A stretch of 64,000 nucleotides of DNA from Candidatus Thorarchaeota archaeon. Lineage in GTDB: Archaea; Asgardarchaeota; Thorarchaeia; Thorarchaeales; Thorarchaeaceae. The notes beneath the pieces were generated by a model. It was not told the origin of the DNA. It saw only the letters and a list, made by a program, of their open reading frames with translations, and ran no database searches. The first letter of the stretch is position 1. Each line of letters begins with the position of its first letter. The DNA lies in NCBI GenBank assembly GCA_048882325.1, contig JBHLRS010000004.1, positions 19,762-83,761 of the forward strand, given 5' to 3'. Shown in pieces: positions 48,141 through 57,831 of this stretch. The position numbers were made by a program, and so were the translations under genes.

Positions 48141-48692
48141 TCAGAGACGTTGAAGTTTGGTTAGCAGAGCCTTCTTCTCATCGACCTCAACTTCTGAGGG
48201 GTCCACAACCATTCCAGCCTCATGGGTTTCAATTCTCACTTCTACACCTGAGTGCTTCACACTTTTGATTCCGTTGCTTGATAGTGCACGGACACGAAGC
48301 TGAGTGGTGTTGAACTCGGTCTTATCAGAAGTTTCCACTGCAATGGACTCTCGTCGTAGCTTAATCTTCGATATTCGGACCTGTTCTTTGAGCTCAGCTA
48401 CTTGAACTTGCAATTCCTTTCGTTCAGAACTCTCTTGTTCCAATTGGTCTTTTAATTCATCATGAGTTGTGCGAGGTACAAACTCCTTGGTCTTGTCAAT
48501 CCATTTGACAATTGTTCCATCAAACTTTCGAGTTGTACTTACTTGCTCAAGAGCTTTCAAAACAGCAATGACATCATAGACACGCCGCTTTGGAGTGTCC
48601 AGTCGCTCAGCCAGGATATCACTCCTAATCCCCTCATCCCCACACTCCTTGAGAACTCTGACTGACTCCTTGGCCAGATCTACTAACTTCAA
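48141..48692 (-). CDS. E2F/DP-family winged-helix transcription factor-like protein
   Basis: KRRVYDVIAVL recognition helix, IVKW, then coiled coil and beta-rich marked-box-like region. Confidence 0.8.
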   Translation of the reverse strand: MKLVDLAKESVRVLKECGDEGIRSDILAERLDTPKRRVYDVIAVLKALEQVSTTRKFDGTIVKWIDKTKEFVPRTTHDELKDQLEQESSERKELQVQVAELKEQVRISKIKLRRESIAVETSDKTEFNTTQLRVRALSSNGIKSVKHSGVEVRIETHEAGMVVDPSEVEVDEKKALLTKLQRL

Positions 48693-49042
48693 CTATGCAC
48701 CCCACTTGAAATCCGGCGGCCTGCTCAAATGAGCACACTTCCACCATATTTATCGCGGCTCGTATTTATGGGTTTGTAATTTCCCCATTATACGAGTTCC
48801 CGGCGGTTTATCGAAGGTATTACTCACATATCACACGAAGCTGAGATTTAAAGAATCTAGAAAAACTCTCCGTGTATTCTTTCGAAAAATGCGAGACTGC
48901 ATTATTCGGGATAGTCTCCGATATTTTGGAGACCAGACTCCAAAAGATGGTCGCTCTACCTCATTTGACTAGACCAGACATTTTTTAACGTGCCTCAGAG
49001 GTTTCGAGAAACCGTTGACCACCCAAGACTTGGAGTAGAGAA

Positions 49043-50377
49043 ATGATGAGCAAGAAAAAAGTCATAATCATGGGTGCAGCTGGTAGAGATTTTCATAATT
49101 TCAATGTCTACTTCCGCGACAATGAAGACTACGAAGTCGTTGCTTTCACAGCGGAACAGATACCAGGAATTGGTGACAGAATGTACCCGCCTGAGCTCTC
49201 GGGACCACTTTATCCAAAGGGCATCAAGATCTATCCGGAGGAAGAACTTCCCGAACTCATCAAGAAGCATGAAGTTGAACAATGTATACTTGCATACTCA
49301 GACCTACCACATGAGGTCGTAGGTCATAAAATTGCGTGGGTGAATAGTCTAGGACCAGATATGCGACTTATGGGTCCGGAAACCACGATGATAAAAAGCA
49401 AAAAGCCAGTTGTTGCAGTTTGTGCGGTAAGGACTGGTTGTGGCAAGAGTCAGACATCAAGGCGTGTGAATCAGATTCTGGTTGACATGGGCCTCAAGCC
49501 CGTCAATATCCGACATCCAATGCCTTATGACCCAGATTTGACTACTCAGATTGCCCAGCGATACGAGAAACTCGATGACATGGACAAATTCCGATGTACA
49601 ATCGAAGAGCGAGAGGAATACGAACCAATTATCAACATGGGTGTGATCCTCTACGCAGGCGTTGACTACGGTAAGATTCTGGAGCAAGCTGAAACCGAAG
49701 CAGATGTCATAACTTGGGATGGTGGAAACAATGATTTCCCATTCTACAAACCAGACCTCCTCATTGTTCTAACGGATCCTCACAGACCCAGTCATGAGAT
49801 AACCTACTATCCAGGAGAAACCAACCTAAGAATGGCAGACGTTGTTGTCATCAATAAGATAGACACTGCAGATTATGAGGATATTGAAGAGGTCAGAGAG
49901 AACATCATGATTGTCAATCCACAAGCAACGATTGTCGATGCGGCATCTCCACTCACTATCGACGATATGGAAAAGATTAGAGACAAACGTGTGATTGTTG
50001 TTGAGGATGGACCTACAGTCACTCATGGCGATATGCCATATGGTGCAGGTTACATAGCGGCGAGAAAGGCTGGTGCAACCATTGTTGATCCACGACCGTT
50101 CGCTGTTGGAAGTATTGAGGATACCTTTGAAAAATACTCACATCTGGAGGATGTACTCCCTGCAATGGGATATGGTAAGAAACAGATGGATGAACTCCAA
50201 GAGACCATCAACAAGTCTGATGTTGATGCTATTATCATTGGTACTCCAATTGACCTTAATCGTGTCATCAAAATTGACAAACCTAATGTCAGAGTGAGGT
50301 ATGATCTCCAAGAGATTGGAAGACCCAATCTAGAGGATATTCTGACAGAGTTTGTGAAGAAACACAACCTGAAGTAA
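49043..50377 (+). CDS. COG2403 P-loop NTPase (cyclic 2,3-diphosphoglycerate synthetase-like)
   Basis: GAAGRDFHNFN, RTGCGKS, RHPMPY, DGGNND, EDGPT. Confidence 0.9.
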   Translation: MMSKKKVIIMGAAGRDFHNFNVYFRDNEDYEVVAFTAEQIPGIGDRMYPPELSGPLYPKGIKIYPEEELPELIKKHEVEQCILAYSDLPHEVVGHKIAWVNSLGPDMRLMGPETTMIKSKKPVVAVCAVRTGCGKSQTSRRVNQILVDMGLKPVNIRHPMPYDPDLTTQIAQRYEKLDDMDKFRCTIEEREEYEPIINMGVILYAGVDYGKILEQAETEADVITWDGGNNDFPFYKPDLLIVLTDPHRPSHEITYYPGETNLRMADVVVINKIDTADYEDIEEVRENIMIVNPQATIVDAASPLTIDDMEKIRDKRVIVVEDGPTVTHGDMPYGAGYIAARKAGATIVDPRPFAVGSIEDTFEKYSHLEDVLPAMGYGKKQMDELQETINKSDVDAIIIGTPIDLNRVIKIDKPNVRVRYDLQEIGRPNLEDILTEFVKKHNLK

Positions 50378-50390
50378 ACTATTATTTGGC

Positions 50391-50426
50391 AGAAGAAAAA
50401 AGGTTGGGAGCAGTCTAAGCTCCCAA
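50391..50426 (-). terminator. Hairpin plus U tract between convergent genes
   Basis: TTGGGAGC/GCTCCCAA stem, A-run on the plus strand. Confidence 0.6.
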
Positions 50427-50434
50427 TCCGTGGT

Positions 50435-51379
50435 TTATCCAACCATTAGGGAATCTAGACTTGAATCTCCACGACGGGAGCTTAGGTCCCTGTACAGGAC
50501 CACAGTAAAGACCACTTGAATTGCAGTGAATAGCAAAGAGGATATTATAACTTGAACCACCAGATAGTATGGACTGAACCAGAGAAGGGATGTGACTGCA
50601 AATTCAATGACAGCGATAACAATCCCAACCAGAAACATTCCACCAAAAACATGGAAGACATTACCACTAGTCAATTCCCAAGATTTCCTCAATGAATCAA
50701 TCGCTGACAAATCTGTGTCAACAACAATAGCGGTGACAGGTGCAAATCTAATGGAAATGTAGAGTGCGAATAACCCTCCGATAAATAAATACCCCATTGC
50801 AGCCAGCATCGTTTCCATAGCGCCCGGCGATATGATTGGATTGAATGGATCCGATATGTCAATGCCAGCTAGTGCCCGAGCAAAAAGTATGAAAGCGGGT
50901 GTAAGAACTCCAGTGACTAGAATCGTGGTTATTATTCTTACAAGTATAATATTCAAAGTCTTCCCAGTAGCGTAGGAAAAACTTGTTCCAACATCCGCAA
51001 CCTGTTCTCCGCCGTAATCATCTAGAGCGAATTTGGTTCCAGCTCCAGTTATCCAAGCGTTGACAATGAATGCTACAGTGGCAAACACGACTGACACAAT
51101 AATCAAGTCCACAATTGGCAGTGTTGAGAAAGAGAAAAGGTTGAAAATGTAAGACAGTGGGTTTGTCGCGATAGTTCCAATCAAGCCAAAAATCACTGAT
51201 AGTATAAGGAAAGAAGCAACAGCAAGTGCCACCCCTGCCAACCCGACAATTATGATATATTGGACTAGTTTGCGTGTCCACAAATTGAATGTTCTTGACA
51301 CAAGGCCAGTAGCACTCACTTCATAAGAGCCAGTACGAGCCTGAGATGGGTCTAATCCTAAGTCGTCTTCAAATGCCAT
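50435..51379 (-). CDS. Six-TM membrane protein (GDPD-membrane-domain-like)
   Basis: AIDSLRKSWELT..N, VVLYRDL. Confidence 0.7.
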   Translation of the reverse strand: MAFEDDLGLDPSQARTGSYEVSATGLVSRTFNLWTRKLVQYIIIVGLAGVALAVASFLILSVIFGLIGTIATNPLSYIFNLFSFSTLPIVDLIIVSVVFATVAFIVNAWITGAGTKFALDDYGGEQVADVGTSFSYATGKTLNIILVRIITTILVTGVLTPAFILFARALAGIDISDPFNPIISPGAMETMLAAMGYLFIGGLFALYISIRFAPVTAIVVDTDLSAIDSLRKSWELTSGNVFHVFGGMFLVGIVIAVIEFAVTSLLWFSPYYLVVQVIISSLLFTAIQVVFTVVLYRDLSSRRGDSSLDSLMVG

Positions 51380-51453
51380 GTGAAATCCTCCTCACACTAT
51401 GACTTTACTTGCCTTTCGTTATAATTGCTCCGTATAGACTAGATGTCAATCAC

Positions 51454-53049
51454 TTACGCTGGCTTGGGTCTATTGTCAATAATCTCCATGAACTTCATGC
51501 CACCAGCTCTTTCGACCAATTCCTCAAAACCAATTATCGTCACACCTGGAGTGACCTCTGTGTTTGTCTTTGTTGTCTTCTGAATCTCCAGAATTAGGGA
51601 CTTGTAATCATCAGTGACGGGACCTCTGGGAGCAATATAGACATTCAACACATCCATGCTATACGGGTCAGACATATCCTCCTTCGCAACCTCAATTTGA
51701 ACTTCCTCAACCTGACTGATTGCTAGTAGCATCTCTCTGAGTGCAGTCAGATTCACCGTTGCACCCTTGATCTTTTTCTCACTTATACCCATGATTTCAA
51801 TCTGAGCCTGAGTATCATTGGTTCGACCAATATTCCAGAAGAAGGGGCCATCAAATTCGCAGTGAGGACACTTTCCTTTCTCCTGATGCGAAGCTACATC
51901 ACCGAGGAGAAATCCTTCAAAAACGGTCCCAGTTCCATCCAGATGGAACAGACACATATGACCTGATTCGTCATCACCTACGAAGTCATAGGTACCATCA
52001 TCATTAAACTTAACCAGTTCAAATGCAAGCATGAGAGGGGAAACGTTGTGATATGGTCCATGACGCTCACATTGAACTGCAAATGATATCTTACTTTCAG
52101 ATGATGCGTATCCACCAACCACTCTTACATCTTTTGCACCCTTCTCGGTCAGAGTGGCAACCATGTCATCGACTACTGGTTCGTAGATCTTCTCGCCAGC
52201 AAGCAACATGACACACTTCTCTGGAGCTTCATAGTCTTTAGCCTCTTTCATTGTTCTGAAGAACCTGTTTCGAAGATAGCTCGGCATACCAGCAAATCCA
52301 TTTACCTTGAACAGTCCAGCAAGCTCAACGAGTCTTTCGCTTGGAATCGCACCACCAGCACTTGTAGCAACATAGAACTTTGACATCTGCTTTAGACCTA
52401 AATTGACAGCGTGCCAACCGAGATGTGGTGCATACGGAAATAAGTTCATACTTGTAAGCTCCCAACTACTATCAACATAGGGATCAATGGCCATTTGACC
52501 AACCTTCACACAGTTCTTGTACAACAAATCGTTGTCATATCGAGTTAGGAAGACAGGAGAGGGCAATCCAGAGGCCCTTCCTGAACTGAACCAGAATTGA
52601 AGTGGCGAGAACTGATAGGTTGCTCGTTCTTTCAACCGATAAGTTGCAGCTGCTCTACCAATACCAAGCTTTACCCTCGCGCCGTTATTTCGAATGAATT
52701 TTGCAAGCTCCCTATGACCTGCTTCATTTGCGTATTTCATGAGGTTTCCAATAGCTTCAGAAGAATCACGTGGCTTACCATCAACTTCTGTAGGATTAAG
52801 GACGAACTTCTGAATGTTATCACGATAATCAATCTTCTTGACAAGTGGTATGTTGTATTTTGCCCAGTCCTCGATGCACGTGATATTGAAGGGGTCAATA
52901 TCGTTGTTCTTGAACATCTGTCGGTAGTATTTGTGGTTAGGCCACACCTGATACCGAATGAATGCCCTAAACTTCTTGTCTTGAATCTCCTTGATTTCGC
53001 GATGATTAGTTCTCTTTAACTCCCGAAAGGTGAATGTATCTTTAGTCAT
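51454..53049 (-). CDS. Phenylacetate-CoA ligase-like AMP-forming enzyme
   Basis: SSGRASG P-loop, LAGE, YASSE, GD, GR, KIKG. Confidence 0.75.
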   Translation of the reverse strand: MTKDTFTFRELKRTNHREIKEIQDKKFRAFIRYQVWPNHKYYRQMFKNNDIDPFNITCIEDWAKYNIPLVKKIDYRDNIQKFVLNPTEVDGKPRDSSEAIGNLMKYANEAGHRELAKFIRNNGARVKLGIGRAAATYRLKERATYQFSPLQFWFSSGRASGLPSPVFLTRYDNDLLYKNCVKVGQMAIDPYVDSSWELTSMNLFPYAPHLGWHAVNLGLKQMSKFYVATSAGGAIPSERLVELAGLFKVNGFAGMPSYLRNRFFRTMKEAKDYEAPEKCVMLLAGEKIYEPVVDDMVATLTEKGAKDVRVVGGYASSESKISFAVQCERHGPYHNVSPLMLAFELVKFNDDGTYDFVGDDESGHMCLFHLDGTGTVFEGFLLGDVASHQEKGKCPHCEFDGPFFWNIGRTNDTQAQIEIMGISEKKIKGATVNLTALREMLLAISQVEEVQIEVAKEDMSDPYSMDVLNVYIAPRGPVTDDYKSLILEIQKTTKTNTEVTPGVTIIGFEELVERAGGMKFMEIIDNRPKPA

Positions 53050-53214
53050 CCTACAGTCTCCATGACAAACGTATAGTCAGAGGCGCGCAGCAACCCGACA
53101 TAAGAAAGTTGTGAGTGATATTTACAAAGGAAATACACGCCTTTAAGGGTCTGAAGTAGAAACCCATAATAGATAACTACACAGAAGACAAACGTCTATG
53201 ACCACTGGTCAGGA

Positions 53215-53655
53215 GTGATTTCATTGTCAGAAGCTGACGAAAAACTACAGAAAGGCATCATTGAACTGGACAAAGGAAACGACAAGAAGGCATTTAGCCT
53301 TTTCAAAGAAGTCTTTGAAGAGAGACAGGGAAGACTCCTGAAGAAAGTGCAGGATAATCCGAAGTCACCAACTTTGATGCTAGACGCACTTTACATGGTT
53401 CACAGCCTTGTATGGCTTAGAGTGGCTGAGGCTGGGAAAGAGAAGAAGCACAGTGTTGAACTTCTTGGTAAAGCTGTGGGAACTGTTGAGGCTGCCCGAA
53501 CTGCATTGGGACCACTTGTCACAGGTCTCGCCCAGTGGGCGAAGGAGAAGAATATCAAGGTGGTCCATAACAAAGCATTGGGACTTCTTGCAGCAACAAA
53601 AGATCTTGAAGATATGGCAAAGAAGGCTCTTGAAGCAAGCAGAAAAATGGCTTAG
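53215..53655 (+). CDS. Alpha-helical hypothetical protein
   Basis: 146 aa, coding-like composition. Confidence 0.7.
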   Translation: MISLSEADEKLQKGIIELDKGNDKKAFSLFKEVFEERQGRLLKKVQDNPKSPTLMLDALYMVHSLVWLRVAEAGKEKKHSVELLGKAVGTVEAARTALGPLVTGLAQWAKEKNIKVVHNKALGLLAATKDLEDMAKKALEASRKMA

Positions 53656-53689
53656 ATGACAAGTCAATTCTGAAAATGAAGACACTCCA

Positions 53690-54034
53690 TCAAAAGTCAT
53701 TCTTATTCATATACTGAGACCATTCCTCGACTGGAAATCTTTCCTCCATTATTTCTAGCTCAGATAGTACAGCTGATTGGAGATCCACACCAAATGAACT
53801 AGCAATCTGCATGAAGAGATTGAAGGACTGAGCAAATTCGCGAGCAATCTCATCTTCCTTTGGAGCTTTGTGTCCCAATCCAATCACTTTGTACCCCTCT
53901 TTCACAGTGATATGACGCGATATTTCACCAAGTTCCTCAATGAGATGAGCAAACACTAGTGAAGCTGGAAATTTGTCCCATCCACGCGCTTTGTCAAACT
54001 TGTCAAGTTTGTCTTGAATTTCTCGGAGATGCAT
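53690..54034 (-). CDS. MazG-like NTP pyrophosphohydrolase
   Basis: LIEELGE..., EIAREFA, ERF. Confidence 0.85.
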   Translation of the reverse strand: MHLREIQDKLDKFDKARGWDKFPASLVFAHLIEELGEISRHITVKEGYKVIGLGHKAPKEDEIAREFAQSFNLFMQIASSFGVDLQSAVLSELEIMEERFPVEEWSQYMNKNDF

Positions 54035-54745
54035 CTATATCATCCTCTTTGTGATCAGTAAAACCTGAGCCCGGGCTTGATCCAACGCAGATGCAGGAGG
54101 ACTCTTCATAGGTCCTAGAGGTGTGTCCATGGGGAGTGACCCACCTCCAAGAAACATGGCTTCACTAACTATACCCATCATCTCAACAGGAGGAAGAACA
54201 GCACAGGCTAGTTTTGCTCCAGTCTTTACATCTTGGATATTCGTCACAATCTTCCAAATTCTTGTTCCATCAGTACAACGACATTCGATAAGGTTTTTCG
54301 AGTCCGGTACAGGTTGTGTTTGACTGACTTCCACAGCAAGAATGTCTACTGCATGAGCAGGTTCATCATCGAACTCCTGAAGTTTTTCGATCAGCGCCTC
54401 AACAATTCGAAATGAATAGAAAACTTCTGCCAGAGTCAGAGATTCTTTCAGAGTTACAGGTTTGTATCCAGATGTTTTGATAGAGTCCTCAAGGATGCTA
54501 CGGAACTCAGCAATGCTTTCAACAATCTTCTTTGTTGCATCAAGTTCAGCCACATTACCTGCAGGCACATAAGAGTACTTGACCTCATATATCAAACTGC
54601 TTGCTTGTTGAAGAGTCGTTCCAAGTTTTGAGTAGTCCACATGAAATTTTAGCTTCCTGTTCCCCATCGTTTCATGCAGACGTCTTAGTGCATCTTCAAG
54701 CACGAGTAGCCTAGCATCCTTCGCAGTATCCACGAGAGTCACCAT
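54035..54745 (-). CDS. Archaeal tRNA-binding (EMAP/OB-fold, COG2517-like) protein
   Basis: EVKYSY helical N-terminus; AVDIL, IVTN, LPP..MGIVSEAMFLG. Confidence 0.85.
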   Translation of the reverse strand: MVTLVDTAKDARLLVLEDALRRLHETMGNRKLKFHVDYSKLGTTLQQASSLIYEVKYSYVPAGNVAELDATKKIVESIAEFRSILEDSIKTSGYKPVTLKESLTLAEVFYSFRIVEALIEKLQEFDDEPAHAVDILAVEVSQTQPVPDSKNLIECRCTDGTRIWKIVTNIQDVKTGAKLACAVLPPVEMMGIVSEAMFLGGGSLPMDTPLGPMKSPPASALDQARAQVLLITKRMI

Positions 54746-54863
54746 TTGTTATGATTCAGAGGCTCCAGATAAACCTCTCTCAATAGAAGGAGGAGGCCAC
54801 ACGAAGTGATATAAAGATAGGCGCAATAGTCCAGAAAGATTTCAGCAGTGGGAGCTACGCACC

Positions 54864-55475
54864 TTGATACAAGCCGTGTACATCCTGATTGCCGACAGCG
54901 GCCTTTGTGTCCTCGACAGGAAATATGGCGAGGCAGATATGGATCCCAATCTAATTAGTGGGTTTCTTACGGCTCTGATACAATTTGGACGTGAACTCAG
55001 TGACGGAAACCGAGTTCATGTTATTGATTTTGGTGCATTCGATATTTGCCTCTCGTTGAAAAACAACGTAATTGTCGCAGCTTCAGTTGACAAGGTTGAT
55101 GATGGGAACGCTGCTATGGCGGTCCTCAGCGAGGTCAATAATGCATTCACAAAGCAATTCGGAAACATGCTCCAAGAGTGGGACGGTAATCTCGAACCGT
55201 TTGAATCATTCCACTCAAAACTTGATGATATCACAAAGGAAGGTCATGCATCTGAAACCAAAATCGTGGTTCCAGTTCTCACTGGAAAGGTCAATCCCAT
55301 GCTTGTAAGATTAGGACAGATGAGTCAGGTAACTTTCGATGTCGCTAAGAAGTGTGATGGAAAACTCACAACAAGGGATATTGCTGACCAACTGGGAATG
55401 CATATGAAAGAGGTTCAGAAATCACTCCATACTCTTGAGGACATGAAAATCCTCGAATGGAAAGAGATTGGATAA
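54864..55475 (+). CDS. Longin-domain plus C-terminal winged-helix protein
   Basis: SGLCV..Y..DPNLISGFLTAL..F longin signature, WDG; CDGKLTTRDIADQLG wHTH. Confidence 0.8.
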   Translation: MIQAVYILIADSGLCVLDRKYGEADMDPNLISGFLTALIQFGRELSDGNRVHVIDFGAFDICLSLKNNVIVAASVDKVDDGNAAMAVLSEVNNAFTKQFGNMLQEWDGNLEPFESFHSKLDDITKEGHASETKIVVPVLTGKVNPMLVRLGQMSQVTFDVAKKCDGKLTTRDIADQLGMHMKEVQKSLHTLEDMKILEWKEIG

Positions 55476-55538
55476 GACCTGGCTATATCCAACTTGTTGT
55501 TTGTTCTTTTTTAATTGAGTGAGGAGCTGATCTGCTAA

Positions 55539-56246
55539 TTATGATGATTGACCCCACTCATTACCAACTGCAATCAGAATGAGTCCGATTACTATCAGAC
55601 CAGGTGCTAGAACTCCAGGAATTGTAGTACTATTAAACACCAGATCTCTCAGAAGATAGCGTCCAGCGTGAACTACTCTTCCTGCGAATAACACAAAGAA
55701 TCCTAACCCAAGAAATAGGTTAGACTTTCGTAGATTGCCACCAGACTGCCATGCAAGATACCAAAACAGAAGCGGTATGAAGAGGGCATAAACTGCTCCT
55801 GCTGAACCTGAGAGAAGGACTCTTGTTGTGGAGTCAAATGGGACAAACCCAAGAAGAATGCCGATTCCTACCGCAGGTATTGCGAATCCGATTTGGGCCC
55901 ATCTCTTTCCAATTATCATGAAACCAGCAGTGGCTGACAGTAAGGCTAATGCCATCCATTGGAAGAATGCTCCAGCCATCAGCCAGAATGAAGATTCACC
56001 GAGGTATGGAAGTTCACCCGCCAAGATTCCCGTTAGACTCTGGGTGTCTGCGTAGAAATCACCTACGAAATAGAAGCAACGTCCAATCGCCAAGAGAAGG
56101 AAGAATAATGACATCGCAAACTGGAAAGGATTTCCAGATTTCCTCCATCTTCGGCCCAGAAATATGAAGAGAAAGAAGTAGTATCCTACTACTAAGAACC
56201 ACAATCCTGCGTGGACTTCTCGAATAATGATCTCAGCTGGCTGCAT
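55539..56246 (-). CDS. Seven-TM membrane protein
   Basis: Seven hydrophobic segments, no soluble domain. Confidence 0.7.
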   Translation of the reverse strand: MQPAEIIIREVHAGLWFLVVGYYFFLFIFLGRRWRKSGNPFQFAMSLFFLLLAIGRCFYFVGDFYADTQSLTGILAGELPYLGESSFWLMAGAFFQWMALALLSATAGFMIIGKRWAQIGFAIPAVGIGILLGFVPFDSTTRVLLSGSAGAVYALFIPLLFWYLAWQSGGNLRKSNLFLGLGFFVLFAGRVVHAGRYLLRDLVFNSTTIPGVLAPGLIVIGLILIAVGNEWGQSS

Positions 56247-56325
56247 CCTTAAGACTCCATCCTAAACCTTCTGAAACTTGAACGGTGCGCCGGCAAATAA
56301 AGATATTCCGCTCTTGTAAAACCGT

Positions 56326-56787
56326 GTGATACGCCCAGACAAGTTCTATATTTGCATGAAAGATGTAATCCCTTGTTGTGAGATGAACTCAGGACCAACA
56401 TGGAAACTACACAGGAATGAATCTGATATAGAAGAGTTCATCGACGTCCGTAGGAAGGTGGGAAACCAGATAATTCGTGACTACCTGTTGGACAATGTTG
56501 TAAAAGACAACAAAATCAAAAGGATACCAGGAAAACTTCGAGGGCCAAAGAATGAATTTAAGGACCTGGCGAAATTTCTCATTCTAGAAATCTCATTGGA
56601 AGGAAAGAAAGTACGTTTTCTAGCGGAAGCTGGAGTATATGAGAACTTGAGAATTGTGGCTGTTGATTCAGATTTTCTTGCAGATCAAAGCAAAGAGGAC
56701 CTGATACGGATATTCACTGAAGCTCTTGAAAGTCCAGATCTGTATGACACTTCTGTTGTTCTTAGCGATGATTCAGAAGTCAGGTGA
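56326..56787 (+). CDS. Hypothetical protein
   Basis: Coding-like ORF; true start probably a downstream ATG. Confidence 0.65.
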   Translation: MIRPDKFYICMKDVIPCCEMNSGPTWKLHRNESDIEEFIDVRRKVGNQIIRDYLLDNVVKDNKIKRIPGKLRGPKNEFKDLAKFLILEISLEGKKVRFLAEAGVYENLRIVAVDSDFLADQSKEDLIRIFTEALESPDLYDTSVVLSDDSEVR

Positions 56788-56796
56788 GTGAGACCC

Positions 56797-56991
56797 ATGA
56801 CCTTCGAAAGATATGCAAAGTGCCCTATATGTAGTAAACGGACAGTCCTGAGAGTACCTCCAGATGTACTCGACAAAGCAGAGAGATTTCCCTTCACGGT
56901 GAAAGTCAAGCATGATGATCATTATTTCTATATCAATCTTGATAGTCAAGCTTGGATAACGGACATATTACACCCTGAACTTGTTGAGTGA
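56797..56991 (+). CDS. Small Zn-binding protein (CxxC...HxxH)
   Basis: CPIC...KHDDHYFYINLD; SD AGGTG overlapping the upstream stop. Confidence 0.7.
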   Translation: MTFERYAKCPICSKRTVLRVPPDVLDKAERFPFTVKVKHDDHYFYINLDSQAWITDILHPELVE

Positions 56992-56992
56992 C

Positions 56993-57808
56993 TCACCCAA
57001 TATATCTGTCAGAGGGACTGGTATCGTCACTAGCAATTGGACCTTTCTGAGCAATCTCATCCTTTGCCCACTCGATGAATTCAACCACCTTCTCGACTTC
57101 AGTGTCAATAACATCAAAATGAGCTTTAATCCCCACAAGGTCCGTGAGTCGATCGAGTAGGACTCTTGCAGCACGGAAGTCTGCTTTTATCACGCCCATA
57201 GTTTCGCCCAAGAGACATGCACCTTCCATATTGTAGATGGAGGCAGCCCAATTGGGAATGATTCCATTTGCTCCAACAACAACGCCTTCCTCTGTGGCAA
57301 TCATTCCATCAGCCTGTGAAATCTTGTCAAGAAAGTCCTGTGAGCTTGCAGAGATATAAACACGAGGAGGTGCAGGAAATGAGCCAAAGTATTCCTGATA
57401 TCCCTGTTCATATGCAGCAAGCGAATACATCTCTTTCACACCAAGTCTAGAGAACTCGTTGGCAACATAATCTGCATACTCGAATACACCGGTTCCTGAA
57501 GCTGGTTGAAAATCAGCAGTCAATGTGAGAAGGTCATGAGGTTCATCTGGTGCTGCTCTATAAAGAAATATTGAAGAAGTTGGTACCCGTGAGATTCCCT
57601 TAGATACGAGAACACGAGGGGGAAAATCGTTACTGAAGAAGTCCATGACATGTTTTGCATCAAGCACCCTTGTGAGTGTCTGAATAGCGATTCTTCCAAC
57701 ATTGGCAATTCCTGGTAGTCCAACTATACCAATGGGGGATTTCAAAGACGATGCGTCAACATCCATGAACCGTCGAGTAAACATAACTAAAGGAGGAATT
57801 GAACCCAT
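56993..57808 (-). CDS. PAC2-family proteasome assembly chaperone
   Basis: VGLPGIANVG, FPP, DFQP, G.CLLGET. Confidence 0.88.
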   Translation of the reverse strand: MGSIPPLVMFTRRFMDVDASSLKSPIGIVGLPGIANVGRIAIQTLTRVLDAKHVMDFFSNDFPPRVLVSKGISRVPTSSIFLYRAAPDEPHDLLTLTADFQPASGTGVFEYADYVANEFSRLGVKEMYSLAAYEQGYQEYFGSFPAPPRVYISASSQDFLDKISQADGMIATEEGVVVGANGIIPNWAASIYNMEGACLLGETMGVIKADFRAARVLLDRLTDLVGIKAHFDVIDTEVEKVVEFIEWAKDEIAQKGPIASDDTSPSDRYIG

Positions 57809-57831
57809 TTGGTACTTTGGGTGAGGGAGTT

